A stretch of DNA of 64,000 nucleotides from Nitrososphaeria archaeon (GCA_050011875.1 JBEKIG010000006.1:1-64000); one strand, 5' to 3'; shown: positions 1 through 7,438, counted from the first letter of the stretch. Made by a program: numbers and translations. The notes: generated from the letters alone by a model not told the origin.

Positions 1-411
1 GAAATTTGATATCAACTCCTTTGTATTCATTTTCCAGAGAGGGAAGAGGCCCTCCATATTCAAAGACCTTAACATCTTTTCCCTGTAATCCTTCACATCT
101 TGGAGAAAGATGTCACCGTGAGCTATCTTTGTGACACCTTCGGCCTTAAGCTTAAGCAGACAGTCTCTCATCTTCTCTCCATACTCCTGATCCGTTGAAT
201 CCTTTGATATGAGCACCTTGTAGAGAGGGACGCCCAGGGAGGAGGCCTGCTCTTCCAAGAGTTCAACCCTAACCCCATGCATGCTGACCCTACCGTAGTC
301 TTCTGTGATGGTGGTTATGAGGCCACGGATTTCGAAGCTCTTCTTGAGCTGGTGCAAAGACATACAGCTGTCTTTTCCTCCACTCCAAGCTAACGCTATT
401 CCTGTATCCAC
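1..411 (-). CDS. Diphthine-ammonia ligase / MJ0570-family PP-loop ATPase (3' part outside window)
   Basis: Manual translation from GTG at 411: VDTGIALAWSGGKDSCMSL...RVSMHGVRVELLEEQA...GDIFLQDVKDYRE...FPLW; SGGKDS PP-loop. Absent from the ORF track because it runs off the edge. Confidence 0.85.
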   Translation of the reverse strand, partial: MDTGIALAWSGGKDSCMSLHQLKKSFEIRGLITTITEDYGRVSMHGVRVELLEEQASSLGVPLYKVLISKDSTDQEYGEKMRDCLLKLKAEGVTKIAHGDIFLQDVKDYREKMLRSLNMEGLFPLWKMNTKELISNF

Positions 412-570
412 AAGAAATCACCTAAAGTAGTCTAGCATTTGATTATCGACAATTTCGAAAGAGTTACAACAGTATATAAAAGATTATACATTTTTGTTAC
501 ATAAAGTTGCAGCCAGAACTTGTATCTACTTATTGTAAACATATGATATGAAAAAAAGTAAGGTGACAAT

Positions 571-1407
571 CTAATGTTTATGGTAGCTTTCAAATAATTC
601 CTTAGCTTTTTTCTTATCGTTATCCTCCGGTACCCCGCAATCTTCGCAAATGCTATCCAGCTTTTCAAAGTCGAACGGACTCCTTACCAAATGGCTCACA
701 ACCTCCATGAAATTTTCTTTATCACAAAGTTCATGGAAGCCGGTCACAACGTGCTGCAGGGCGTGCTCAAGGAAGTCTAGACGAGGAAATGGGAAGTCTG
801 ACGATACAATTAATGGGACATCGGTGAAGCACCTCAGACCCAAAGTCATGTCCTTGAAGTGTTCCAATGCTTGCTGCGTGCTTATAATGTCTATACCCAA
901 CGCTCTTGCAACATAATATGTTTCTCGTTCAATCTCACCTGGAGGAAAACCTGTCCGCTTTGCGACCATGTTTAATGTAACCCATTTTCTCTTGTTTTTA
1001 TTGAAGGCTTCACGTATAATTGTTGTCTTGTATTCCTCCAGTTCATTTAATGGAACCCAAACTACTCTTTTTATTTCGTTTAGCGATGTCTCTTGTTCAG
1101 GTGTAAAGTAGAGCCATACCGGCCGATTATTTTCAACAGTAATTACTCGGGATAACTGACGTCTTTTATAGGCTCTTTGAAGATCAGACTTTGCAGCATT
1201 TGTACTGATACCTTTGCTTCGACCTTTTACGACTTCACTTTCTGTTAATGGGCCACACCCTTTAATCAATTCCACCGCATTTTTGAGTTGGTTCGATTTT
1301 TGCACCTCGGATTTCACATGATCTTTCATTTCATTGACTGACACCCAGATTCCAACTCCCTTTTCCTTCGCATATATGCTGAAATGCCGAAATTTGAACT
1401 TTTTCAA
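571..1407 (-). CDS. Hypothetical protein, possible winged-helix/HTH segments
   Basis: 278-aa ORF; GPLTESEV...ISTNAAKSDLQRAYKRRQL and VTLNMVAKRTGFPPGEIE look HTH-like. The true start may be ATG at 1329. Confidence 0.55.
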   Translation of the reverse strand: MKKFKFRHFSIYAKEKGVGIWVSVNEMKDHVKSEVQKSNQLKNAVELIKGCGPLTESEVVKGRSKGISTNAAKSDLQRAYKRRQLSRVITVENNRPVWLYFTPEQETSLNEIKRVVWVPLNELEEYKTTIIREAFNKNKRKWVTLNMVAKRTGFPPGEIERETYYVARALGIDIISTQQALEHFKDMTLGLRCFTDVPLIVSSDFPFPRLDFLEHALQHVVTGFHELCDKENFMEVVSHLVRSPFDFEKLDSICEDCGVPEDNDKKKAKELFESYHKH

Positions 1408-1426
1408 TGTTATTAACGATTAGGAG

Positions 1427-1651
1427 ATGTCAAATGTAATCTTCGCAAAAGTAGACAAAAAATATGCTAGACTTGTACGTAAGGTTGCCAAAGCAAGAGG
1501 CGAAAATGTCAGCACATTTGTTAGGAGAGCTGTCTTATGCGAACTTGCACGTTTATCTTACTTGAACGAAGATGAAAAGAAAGCGCTAAATGTTGAGAGA
1601 ATCGAGAGGGCACAGAACACGATAGACAATGGGGAGATGACAACATCATGA
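1427..1651 (+). CDS. Ribbon-helix-helix (CopG-like) DNA-binding protein
   Basis: VIFAKVDKKYARLVRKVAKARGENVSTFVRRAV fits the RHH pattern; GGAG before the ATG; overlaps the next gene by ATGA. Confidence 0.75.
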   Translation: MSNVIFAKVDKKYARLVRKVAKARGENVSTFVRRAVLCELARLSYLNEDEKKALNVERIERAQNTIDNGEMTTS

Positions 1652-2517
1652 CAACCTCCAATGACAGACTACTACACAATTGCAGGCATATTCTAACACC
1701 GACTTGCCAGCATATCCTAACCAAAGGCAAAGACATCTGTGAAAGGGAAAGATGGCCTTTCACTCACCTAGATTTCCCCGAGGTCAATTATGGCACATTC
1801 AGGAACAGCGTCTCATATCTTCTCAAAAGCGAGCTACTTGAGGATTACACAAGTCATCTAGCCTTCTACTGGGTAGTAGGAGTAAAGAAACCTAATGATG
1901 GATGGGGTAACATGAAGTCCTATGGTATGGGGGTGCAAGGACGAAAGAAAGAACTCATTGATCTTATAGAAAGAACTCCTTTGGAAGACAGATGTATCCA
2001 CGATATAAGATTGTGGTTTAGAAAAGATGGCATCTACAGTATTATTGCTGGTTCAGAAGTTGTCAATAAAATTGCTCCACAGAGCAAGGATTTGATTCTC
2101 GAAACCATTGATATAGACCTTTTCAGAACTGCAAAGATTTTAATTCATGCAAATGATTCTGTAAGTATCTGTTTGGGTTGCAGCCTTAAACCTTTTCCAG
2201 AAACGATTCCGGGTTACACTGATTTTGTATATACTTTAGGTAGTCTGGCTAGGTGTATTGAGGAGTGGTCCGATGGAAAGATCAGGATACCCTCGGTCTG
2301 CTCGTGGAAGATCAAAGGCAGACATATAGGCCGTGATAGTGTAACAGAATATTCTGGTGAAAGGTTCAACATTACAGTATCTAAGTTAGGAGAAACTCTT
2401 AGAACGTACTCAAAAATAATGCAAGGTAGGAACAAGATCCGGATAGAGAGGATCGAAGAACCGGATCTGGACATTGCTTCAGTTATGAGAAAACGGTTGT
2501 GTGAAGATTCTCAATGA
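1648..2517 (+). CDS. Putative replication initiator: N-terminal wHTH plus Rep_trans-like rolling-circle nickase domain
   Basis: N-terminal PFTHLDF...YGTFRNSVSYL; C-terminal motifs GRHIGRD, LRTYSK, IRIER in the order of Rep_trans RxDxAxD / RxYxK / RxE; coupled to an RHH gene. Confidence 0.55.
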   Translation: MTTSNDRLLHNCRHILTPTCQHILTKGKDICERERWPFTHLDFPEVNYGTFRNSVSYLLKSELLEDYTSHLAFYWVVGVKKPNDGWGNMKSYGMGVQGRKKELIDLIERTPLEDRCIHDIRLWFRKDGIYSIIAGSEVVNKIAPQSKDLILETIDIDLFRTAKILIHANDSVSICLGCSLKPFPETIPGYTDFVYTLGSLARCIEEWSDGKIRIPSVCSWKIKGRHIGRDSVTEYSGERFNITVSKLGETLRTYSKIMQGRNKIRIERIEEPDLDIASVMRKRLCEDSQ

Positions 2518-2723
2518 AGTTCAAAATGCGCTTGAGCAAAAAGATTTGGGATCCGTTGAAGAAAAACTATAAAGAACGGTATCTCTTGGTTAAAAATATC
2601 CCAGAGGAGCAGGCCCAAGCACTCCTAAACAATTTTAGGCCAGATACCATCATCCCTAAAATACTTCAAATTAGCCTCTCTACCAAGGTACCCAAGGCAG
2701 AAGAAATTAGGAAGGAAGTATAG
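2514..2723 (+). CDS. Small basic hypothetical protein
   Basis: 69 aa; ATGA overlap with the Rep-like gene. Confidence 0.55.
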   Translation: MKFKMRLSKKIWDPLKKNYKERYLLVKNIPEEQAQALLNNFRPDTIIPKILQISLSTKVPKAEEIRKEV

Positions 2724-2724
2724 C

Positions 2725-2973
2725 ATGAGAACAACAAGCCCTCCAGAATCCTCTGACAAAGGATCTCCAAACAATTATCAATCTATAACTGGAAATGATA
2801 AAGTTAGTCTGATAGAACTGAAAAGTTTGGCTAACAGAATGTTACCAAGGGATAGTGTCCTTCGAACTCTCCTCTCGAGCGAGCCCGATTTTTTGCCTCG
2901 AAGTGAAGCAATGATCAAAATCGAAATCTACGTTAGGCTCCTTTACAAGGAAATCGGTCAGAGAGGAGTTTAG
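2725..2973 (+). CDS. Small helical hypothetical protein, resembling those of archaeal mobile elements
   Basis: 82 aa, starts 1 nt after the previous stop; LKSLANRMLPRDSVLRTLLSSEPDFL segment. Confidence 0.6.
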   Translation: MRTTSPPESSDKGSPNNYQSITGNDKVSLIELKSLANRMLPRDSVLRTLLSSEPDFLPRSEAMIKIEIYVRLLYKEIGQRGV

Positions 2974-2986
2974 ATACTTTCGACAT

Positions 2987-4012
2987 TCACCTTAACGTCA
3001 AAAATTTTCTAGCTTCAAGCATGGGCTCATAGTCATAGTCTGGCATCTTGGTCCACTTGTTTTTGTTGAACTTTGCTTTGATACGTTCCAAATTTGGCAG
3101 ATCGCCTATTGCATTAAATTCTGAATTAAATTCATTCTCCATAATTCTTAAGCGTATTTCTTTTCTTAGTTCCCTTTTCTCCCACGACCTATAGACCCTT
3201 TCCGTCTCTATTCTCTGAATGTCGTGTTCGTTCATATCGTAATCAAGCTCAAGGGGAGATAGAAGTAAAACTATATTGCGTTTTAGGAGTTCGGAATCTA
3301 TATCATAGCTATAGCTATAGCTAAAGCCCTTTTCAGCGATAAGCCCCGTCTTAATTCTCTCTGCATGAAAAGTGACGATGATCTTTTCAGAAACATCGGA
3401 AACATCAAAATCCCTAATGAAAGGCAAAACTATGCAGTTTTTGGATTCGCTAACTTTATCTCTAATTGCCTTTTCTTTGCTTTCCAAAAACGCATTATAT
3501 GCTTGAAGCGCCTTTAAATTAATATCTACCCGACCCCATTCAGAAGTATGATTAACTGAAAAATCAGGAACAATGGCGTTTGCTAAGAGCATTAATCTCA
3601 AGCTTACAGAAGGACTCCCAGAAGGACCCATTTTACTGATCAGCCATATATCTCTCTCATCAAAGATCTGCCATATCTCTCTTTTATAAATAAAATAAAA
3701 ATCCAACAAGGAGCCCCATTCCTGTTTTAGGTAAAGCTGGAACTTTTCACTGTTAAATCTGAATATTGACTTCAACCTCTGTAACATTTCATCGCTAACT
3801 GCAACGTTGCCCATTTTATCTAATCTTGAAAGTATTATATCGCCCGGTACATCTCCAAACACCATCTTTATAATTGAATCTAACGAAACAGGGATGGAAA
3901 ATGGCCAACTGGGCGGCCTATTAAAATAATCTTCATCAAGTTTTGGCTTGATTTCTTTAAAGTGTTCATATCCCCAAGCCTTTAACAGTCCATCATCGTA
4001 CTGTTCAGCCAT
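2987..4012 (-). CDS. Hypothetical protein (341 aa)
   Basis: Long ORF, coupled (1-nt overlap) to the upstream PD-(D/E)XK gene; no family recognised. Confidence 0.65.
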   Translation of the reverse strand: MAEQYDDGLLKAWGYEHFKEIKPKLDEDYFNRPPSWPFSIPVSLDSIIKMVFGDVPGDIILSRLDKMGNVAVSDEMLQRLKSIFRFNSEKFQLYLKQEWGSLLDFYFIYKREIWQIFDERDIWLISKMGPSGSPSVSLRLMLLANAIVPDFSVNHTSEWGRVDINLKALQAYNAFLESKEKAIRDKVSESKNCIVLPFIRDFDVSDVSEKIIVTFHAERIKTGLIAEKGFSYSYSYDIDSELLKRNIVLLLSPLELDYDMNEHDIQRIETERVYRSWEKRELRKEIRLRIMENEFNSEFNAIGDLPNLERIKAKFNKNKWTKMPDYDYEPMLEARKFLTLR

Positions 4013-4416
4013 TATAGGTCACCTTCCGATTTAAATTCCTTTTCACCAAGCTCCTGTCCGAGCTTATCAAAAACAAGCACTTTGAGTGGAATAAATCCTT
4101 CTTCAACATACTTCCTAATTTGTTCATCCATGCTAAGATTGTAGGTGGAGAAAAAAATGTGGGGAAAATATTTTGATCCCTTCCCCCAATCCTTCCCAAG
4201 CGGCACCTCTGAACCTACCTTTATTTCATACCATATTTGGTTTTTGAAGCCATCTGGCCTATACTTGTCAAGATCTATGATACCGTTCTCTTCAAAAATT
4301 TTTTCTTTTATTTTATCTTCGGAACGAGCCTGATTATTAACGCTTTTTGGATAAATTTTAAATCCCCCGTTTAAAGTTCCTTTCATATGCCAAAGGGTAC
4401 CTTCCATTTTAACCAC
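4012..4416 (-). CDS. Putative PD-(D/E)XK nuclease-fold protein
   Basis: SEDKIKE...YRPDGFKNQIWYEIKVG gives the E...PD...ExK catalytic pattern. Confidence 0.55.
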   Translation of the reverse strand: MVKMEGTLWHMKGTLNGGFKIYPKSVNNQARSEDKIKEKIFEENGIIDLDKYRPDGFKNQIWYEIKVGSEVPLGKDWGKGSKYFPHIFFSTYNLSMDEQIRKYVEEGFIPLKVLVFDKLGQELGEKEFKSEGDL

Positions 4417-4449
4417 CCAATTCTAGTATTGAATAAGCGAGGCATAGAT

Positions 4450-4517
4450 AGTATAATCTCATTATACTTGGCTTATTAAATTTATGGTAGGTGTTTATTT
4501 GTCATACTCCGTATGAC
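4450..4517. promoter_or_regulatory. Two perfect inverted repeats upstream of the nuclease-like gene
   Basis: AGTATAAT-ctc-ATTATACT (4450-4468) and GTCATAC-tcc-GTATGAC (4501-4517). Confidence 0.5.
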
Positions 4518-4837
4518 GTTTTGAAGGGGTTTGGACATATGGGAAAAATTTCTTAACTCGTCCGAAGTCAAAATCTTATTGTACTTAAATATTTAAGAGA
4601 GCTGTTAAGAAAAGAGGTTGTAAAGAGGACGATAATCGACACGCATCCAATCCAAACCAATTACTCGCTAACACTTAAAGGAGAGCAGGCTGTCAAACAC
4701 TTGATAGAACTTATAAAAATAGTTTTAAAAGAAGGAAAATGATTTCTCCAGCTCAAGAGTAAAACGATAACAATTCTAAGAAAAGGCCATTTAAATTTTG
4801 TCTCGACTAAGGCCTTACTCCATTATTAGTGGAACTG

Positions 4838-4956
4838 TAGCACGCCGTGCTAATCTTTTTCACTTCTTAAATTCGGTCTATTCGGTCAATCGGAGACCAA
4901 TTAAGACCGAATGAGCAAATTCATAGATAAAAAAGGCCTAATTTCACGCCGTGAAA
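4838..4956. repeat. Inverted-repeat cluster, candidate origin element
   Basis: TAGCACG-C-CGTGCTA (4838-4852) and TTTCACG-C-CGTGAAA (4942-4956); between them ATTCGGTC x2 (4871, 4880) with an inverted AGACCGAAT (4904-4912). Confidence 0.7.
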
Positions 4957-5016
4957 GTCGTAAACTTTAGCTCAAAATAGGCCTTCTAACTGCACCCTCC
5001 TCCCCCTCTTTCGATA

Positions 5017-5190
5017 GATCTATGATCTGAATGAGAGATTAATCGATCTATGATCTATGATCTATGTGAGACGTCTTAACCATTTATGAATCCCTAGTAA
5101 AACTTAGGACTAACTACACCCGATTAATCTATGATCTATGTGAAACATTAAATTATTAGTTATTCATTGAAAAGATTAATCTATATGAGA
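5017..5190 (+). repeat. GATCTAT / GATTAATC repeat block
   Basis: GATCTAT at 5017, 5045, 5052, 5059, 5133; GATTAATC...TGA unit at about 5037, 5122, 5174. Confidence 0.8.
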
Positions 5191-5260
5191 ATAGTCTTTA
5201 ACCTTCGTTTCAACGGTATTAAGAAAATCCTCTATGTAGTCTCCTCTCACGTCTAAACTT

Positions 5261-5351
5261 GTTATACCCTCAAAAACTTTGTTATCTTATACCATTATAC
5301 CCTCGTTATACCCTCGTTAAATTATTATACCCTCGTTATACCCTCGTTATA
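5261..5351 (+). repeat. Iteron-like (G/A)TTATACCCTC 11-mer block
   Basis: TTATACCCTC at 5262, 5295, 5306, 5325, 5336. Confidence 0.85.
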
Positions 5352-5372
5352 TATCATTATTCTACTATCTAA

Positions 5373-5440
5373 ATGAAGTGTTCCTTATAGTTTCTTGCTT
5401 TTACCCTTACTTACCGTCTTTTCCCAGCTAAACTGCTTAA
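5373..5440 (+). repeat. Bipartite module M1 (ATGAAG-N42-TTCCCAGCTAAA)
   Basis: ATGAAG at 5373, TTCCCAG at 5421; spacer 26/42 identical to M4 without gaps (hand alignment). Confidence 0.7.
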
Positions 5441-5489
5441 GTTTGTTATCCCCTTAAATAATCTTTAATTTGTCCTTAAATTTCATTGC

Positions 5490-5700
5490 CCCATAAACTT
5501 TCTATAAACTTTTTTTATATCCCTATAAAATCTCTATAAACTAAAGTTTATAGCCATATAAAATAATTTATAGCCCCTATAAATTTCATATAAAAAATTT
5601 TATATGCCATATAAATCTCCTATAAAATCTATATAAATATTTTTATAGCCCCTATAAAATCCCTATAAAATGCCTATAAACCCCTATAAACCATATAAAT
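5490..5700 (+). repeat. Helically phased TATAAA block
   Basis: ATAAA at 5493, 5504, 5525, 5536, 5558, 5579, 5590, 5611, 5622, 5633, 5654, 5665, 5676, 5686, 5695 (steps of about 11 or 21-22); inverted TTTATA fills several of the double steps. Confidence 0.85.
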
Positions 5701-5718
5701 TATAGACGTGCTTCAATA

Positions 5719-5810
5719 ACCTGCATGAAGCAGTTTAAAGGATAAACCGTTCTTTAAGCGCGTTTATAGGCTGTTCCCAGTTAAACAGTTAAGCACCCAT
5801 AAATTTATAG
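5719..5810 (+). repeat. Bipartite module M2 (ATGAAG-N43-TTCCCAGTTAAA)
   Basis: 92-bp direct repeat of 6128-6219, about 76/92 identical without gaps. Confidence 0.9.
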
Positions 5811-5888
5811 CTTATAGCAATACTCTTTAAATTTCTTTAAATTTCCTTTAAAGGTCTTTGGATTTTCTTTAAACTGATTTTAAAGACT

Positions 5889-6127
5889 CTTTAGATGGTC
5901 TTTAAACCCTTTACTAAAGCCTTTATGAGCCTTTATAGACTCTTTATGGACCCTTTAGCAGAGCCTTTATAGAGCCTTTCTAAAGCCTTTATAGGCTCTT
6001 TAGAGGCCTTTATGATCCTTTACTAAAGCCTTTATGGGTCTTTATGCCCCTTTAGTAAAGACTTTATCCGTTCTTTATGCCCCTTTATCTTTCTTTATGT
6101 TCCTTTATGATAAAGCTTTATTCCTTT
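5889..6127 (+). repeat. Helically phased CTTT(A) block
   Basis: 23 phased CTTT starts between 5889 and 6124, mean step about 10.7 bp (hand count), with variable, mostly GC-containing linkers. Confidence 0.85.
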
Positions 6128-6219
6128 ACCTGCATGAAGTGATTTAAAGGATATACCGTTCTTTAAGCGTGCTTATAGGTACTTCCCAGTTAAACAGCTA
6201 AGTGTCTTTAAATTTAAAG
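6128..6219 (+). repeat. Bipartite module M3 (ATGAAG-N43-TTCCCAGTTAAA)
   Basis: ATGAAG at 6134, TTCCCAG at 6183; direct repeat of M2 at offset 409. Confidence 0.9.
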
Positions 6220-6302
6220 GATAAAGGGTTCTTTAACGATCCTTTACCGCTTAAGGCCCTTATCGTCTTAAATGATCTTATGATCTTGCTCTTTAAGGAA
6301 GG

Positions 6303-6355
6303 AAACTTATTAACGGCGTTAATAAATTCAAACTTGCTAACGGCGGGTAAGTTCA
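6303..6355. repeat. Tandem inverted repeats with ACGGCG core
   Basis: TTATTAACG-G-CGTTAATAA (6307-6325), then a degenerate copy AACTTGCTAACGGCGGGTAAGTT. Confidence 0.65.
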
Positions 6356-6368
6356 TTCATTGAAAAGA

Positions 6369-6878
6369 CTAAACCTTAAGATCAAGGCGTTCCAGTATAA
6401 CACTTGCGCAGTAAATTAACCTTATGAGACTAAAAGTGTTCACTTGTTCCTCCTTAGGCGTGTCCTGGTTAAGTGCATTAACTACGCTGTTTATAAGCGA
6501 CCAGCCGTCAAGACCCTTGTCAAGCTTCTCTTCAAGCTTCTTTAACTGTAGGGGGACAGAGGGTTTAGAGAGATCTAGGGCCTTTAAGTTAATGTATTTG
6601 TCGTACAGCGACTTCGCTTCATCAGGCCCTACACCTAGTTGCTCTACGACTTCTATGGGCCCGCCTCCTGCATCGAAGATCTTAAACGCCTCCTGCGCCA
6701 CCTCTTTATCGTTCAATTTTTTTGGGTTATCTCGATCCTTCACCAAACCGCTTATCCAGCCTATACTAAAGTGCCTCTTCGCACCGTTGACGTTGAATGT
6801 TCTCTCCGATATTTCCCTGTAGCCTAGTCCTGAGTCAACAAGCTTCAAGACTTCAGCTTTAGCCTGTTCTAAGGTCAT
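6369..6878 (-). CDS. Tandem-HTH DNA-binding protein with C-terminal helical tail
   Basis: VLKLVDSGLGYREIS...SIGWISGLV and AFKIFDAGGGPIEVVEQLGVGPDEAKSLYDKY are two HTH-like units. Start reassigned to ATG 6878 because the track's extension to 6956 reads through a 40-bp (non-triplet) repeat. Confidence 0.7.
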   Translation of the reverse strand: MTLEQAKAEVLKLVDSGLGYREISERTFNVNGAKRHFSIGWISGLVKDRDNPKKLNDKEVAQEAFKIFDAGGGPIEVVEQLGVGPDEAKSLYDKYINLKALDLSKPSVPLQLKKLEEKLDKGLDGWSLINSVVNALNQDTPKEEQVNTFSLIRLIYCASVILERLDLKV

Positions 6879-6884
6879 CTCTGC

Positions 6885-6973
6885 CTGTTCACCTGCTTCA
6901 CCTTGTTCAATTGCATTGTTCAGGCTGTTCACCTGCTTCACCTTGTTCAATTGCATTGTTCAGGCTGTTCACC
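6885..6973. repeat. Perfect 40-bp tandem repeat (about 2.2 copies) rich in TGTTCA
   Basis: CTGTTCACCTGCTTCACCTTGTTCAATTGCATTGTTCAGG at 6885-6924 and 6925-6964, plus a partial copy. Confidence 0.9.
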
Positions 6974-7036
6974 CTGTTCTTCTGGTTTTTCCTGTTCACA
7001 AGGTCTAAAAGCGTCAACGTCTTTAAAAACTTTTAA

Positions 7037-7130
7037 TTATAGACGTGTTTCCTTAACTGTATGAAGCGATCTTAAGACTTTCCCATCCTTACCCCTATTT
7101 ACCCTCTCTTCCCAGTTAAAATCCTTAAAT
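7037..7130 (+). repeat. Bipartite module M4 (ATGAAG-N42-TTCCCAGTTAAA)
   Basis: TTATAGACGTG leader shared with M2; ATGAAG at 7061, TTCCCAG at 7109. Confidence 0.75.
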
Positions 7131-7179
7131 CCCTTATTTCCTTATTTTATTTGTAAAACTTAAGCCAAGACATCAAAAG

Positions 7180-7218
7180 GGACGTTGAACAGATAAACGG
7201 ACTTTGAACAGATAAACG
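7180..7218 (+). repeat. 19-bp tandem direct repeat
   Basis: GGAC[G/T]TTGAACAGATAAAC twice; contains TGAACA, the reverse complement of TGTTCA. Confidence 0.8.
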
Positions 7219-7252
7219 AAAGTCCTTGATCTATTGAACTACCCCGCCCCTT

Positions 7253-7438
7253 TTAAAGACCGATTATCAGCATTACCAGCGTCACAGTCGCTATACGTAA
7301 GAAGTCAAGGTTCATATCGCTGTCAGCACCGGTTTGAATGAAACGATTAGTCTTATCACCCTTCAACTTAATATGTAGTCTCTTTTCAACCTCAGCCTTA
7401 CTAATTAAGGGTGCTTTAACATCTCGGTCTTTTTCCAT
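7253..7438 (-). CDS. Small protein with C-terminal hydrophobic anchor
   Basis: 61 aa, ending in FLRIATVTLVMLIIGL. Confidence 0.45.
   Translation of the reverse strand: MEKDRDVKAPLISKAEVEKRLHIKLKGDKTNRFIQTGADSDMNLDFLRIATVTLVMLIIGL

Noticed and set aside
5450-6300. Hidden repetitive CDS, including stop-codon readthrough
   Set aside because: The period varies from 8 to 13 bp, so no frame is preserved and stop codons fall in shifting frames.
6879-6956. N-terminal extension of the HTH protein given in the ORF track
   Set aside because: It reads a 40-bp non-triplet repeat in two different frames; ATG 6878 is more plausible.
5421-7120. TTCCCAGTTAAAC as a chromosomal Orc1/Cdc6 ORB
   Set aside because: Only loosely similar to TTCCAGTGGAAAC, with no adjacent G-string and no cdc6 gene in the window.
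5373-7130. Modules as box C/D sRNAs
   Set aside because: ATGAAG resembles box C, but there is no CTGA box D at the expected 3' position.
4417-7230. CRISPR or TIGR-type guide array
   Set aside because: No constant repeat with regular unique spacers; modules are 352-927 bp apart, spacers are related to each other, and no cas or Nop-domain gene is seen.
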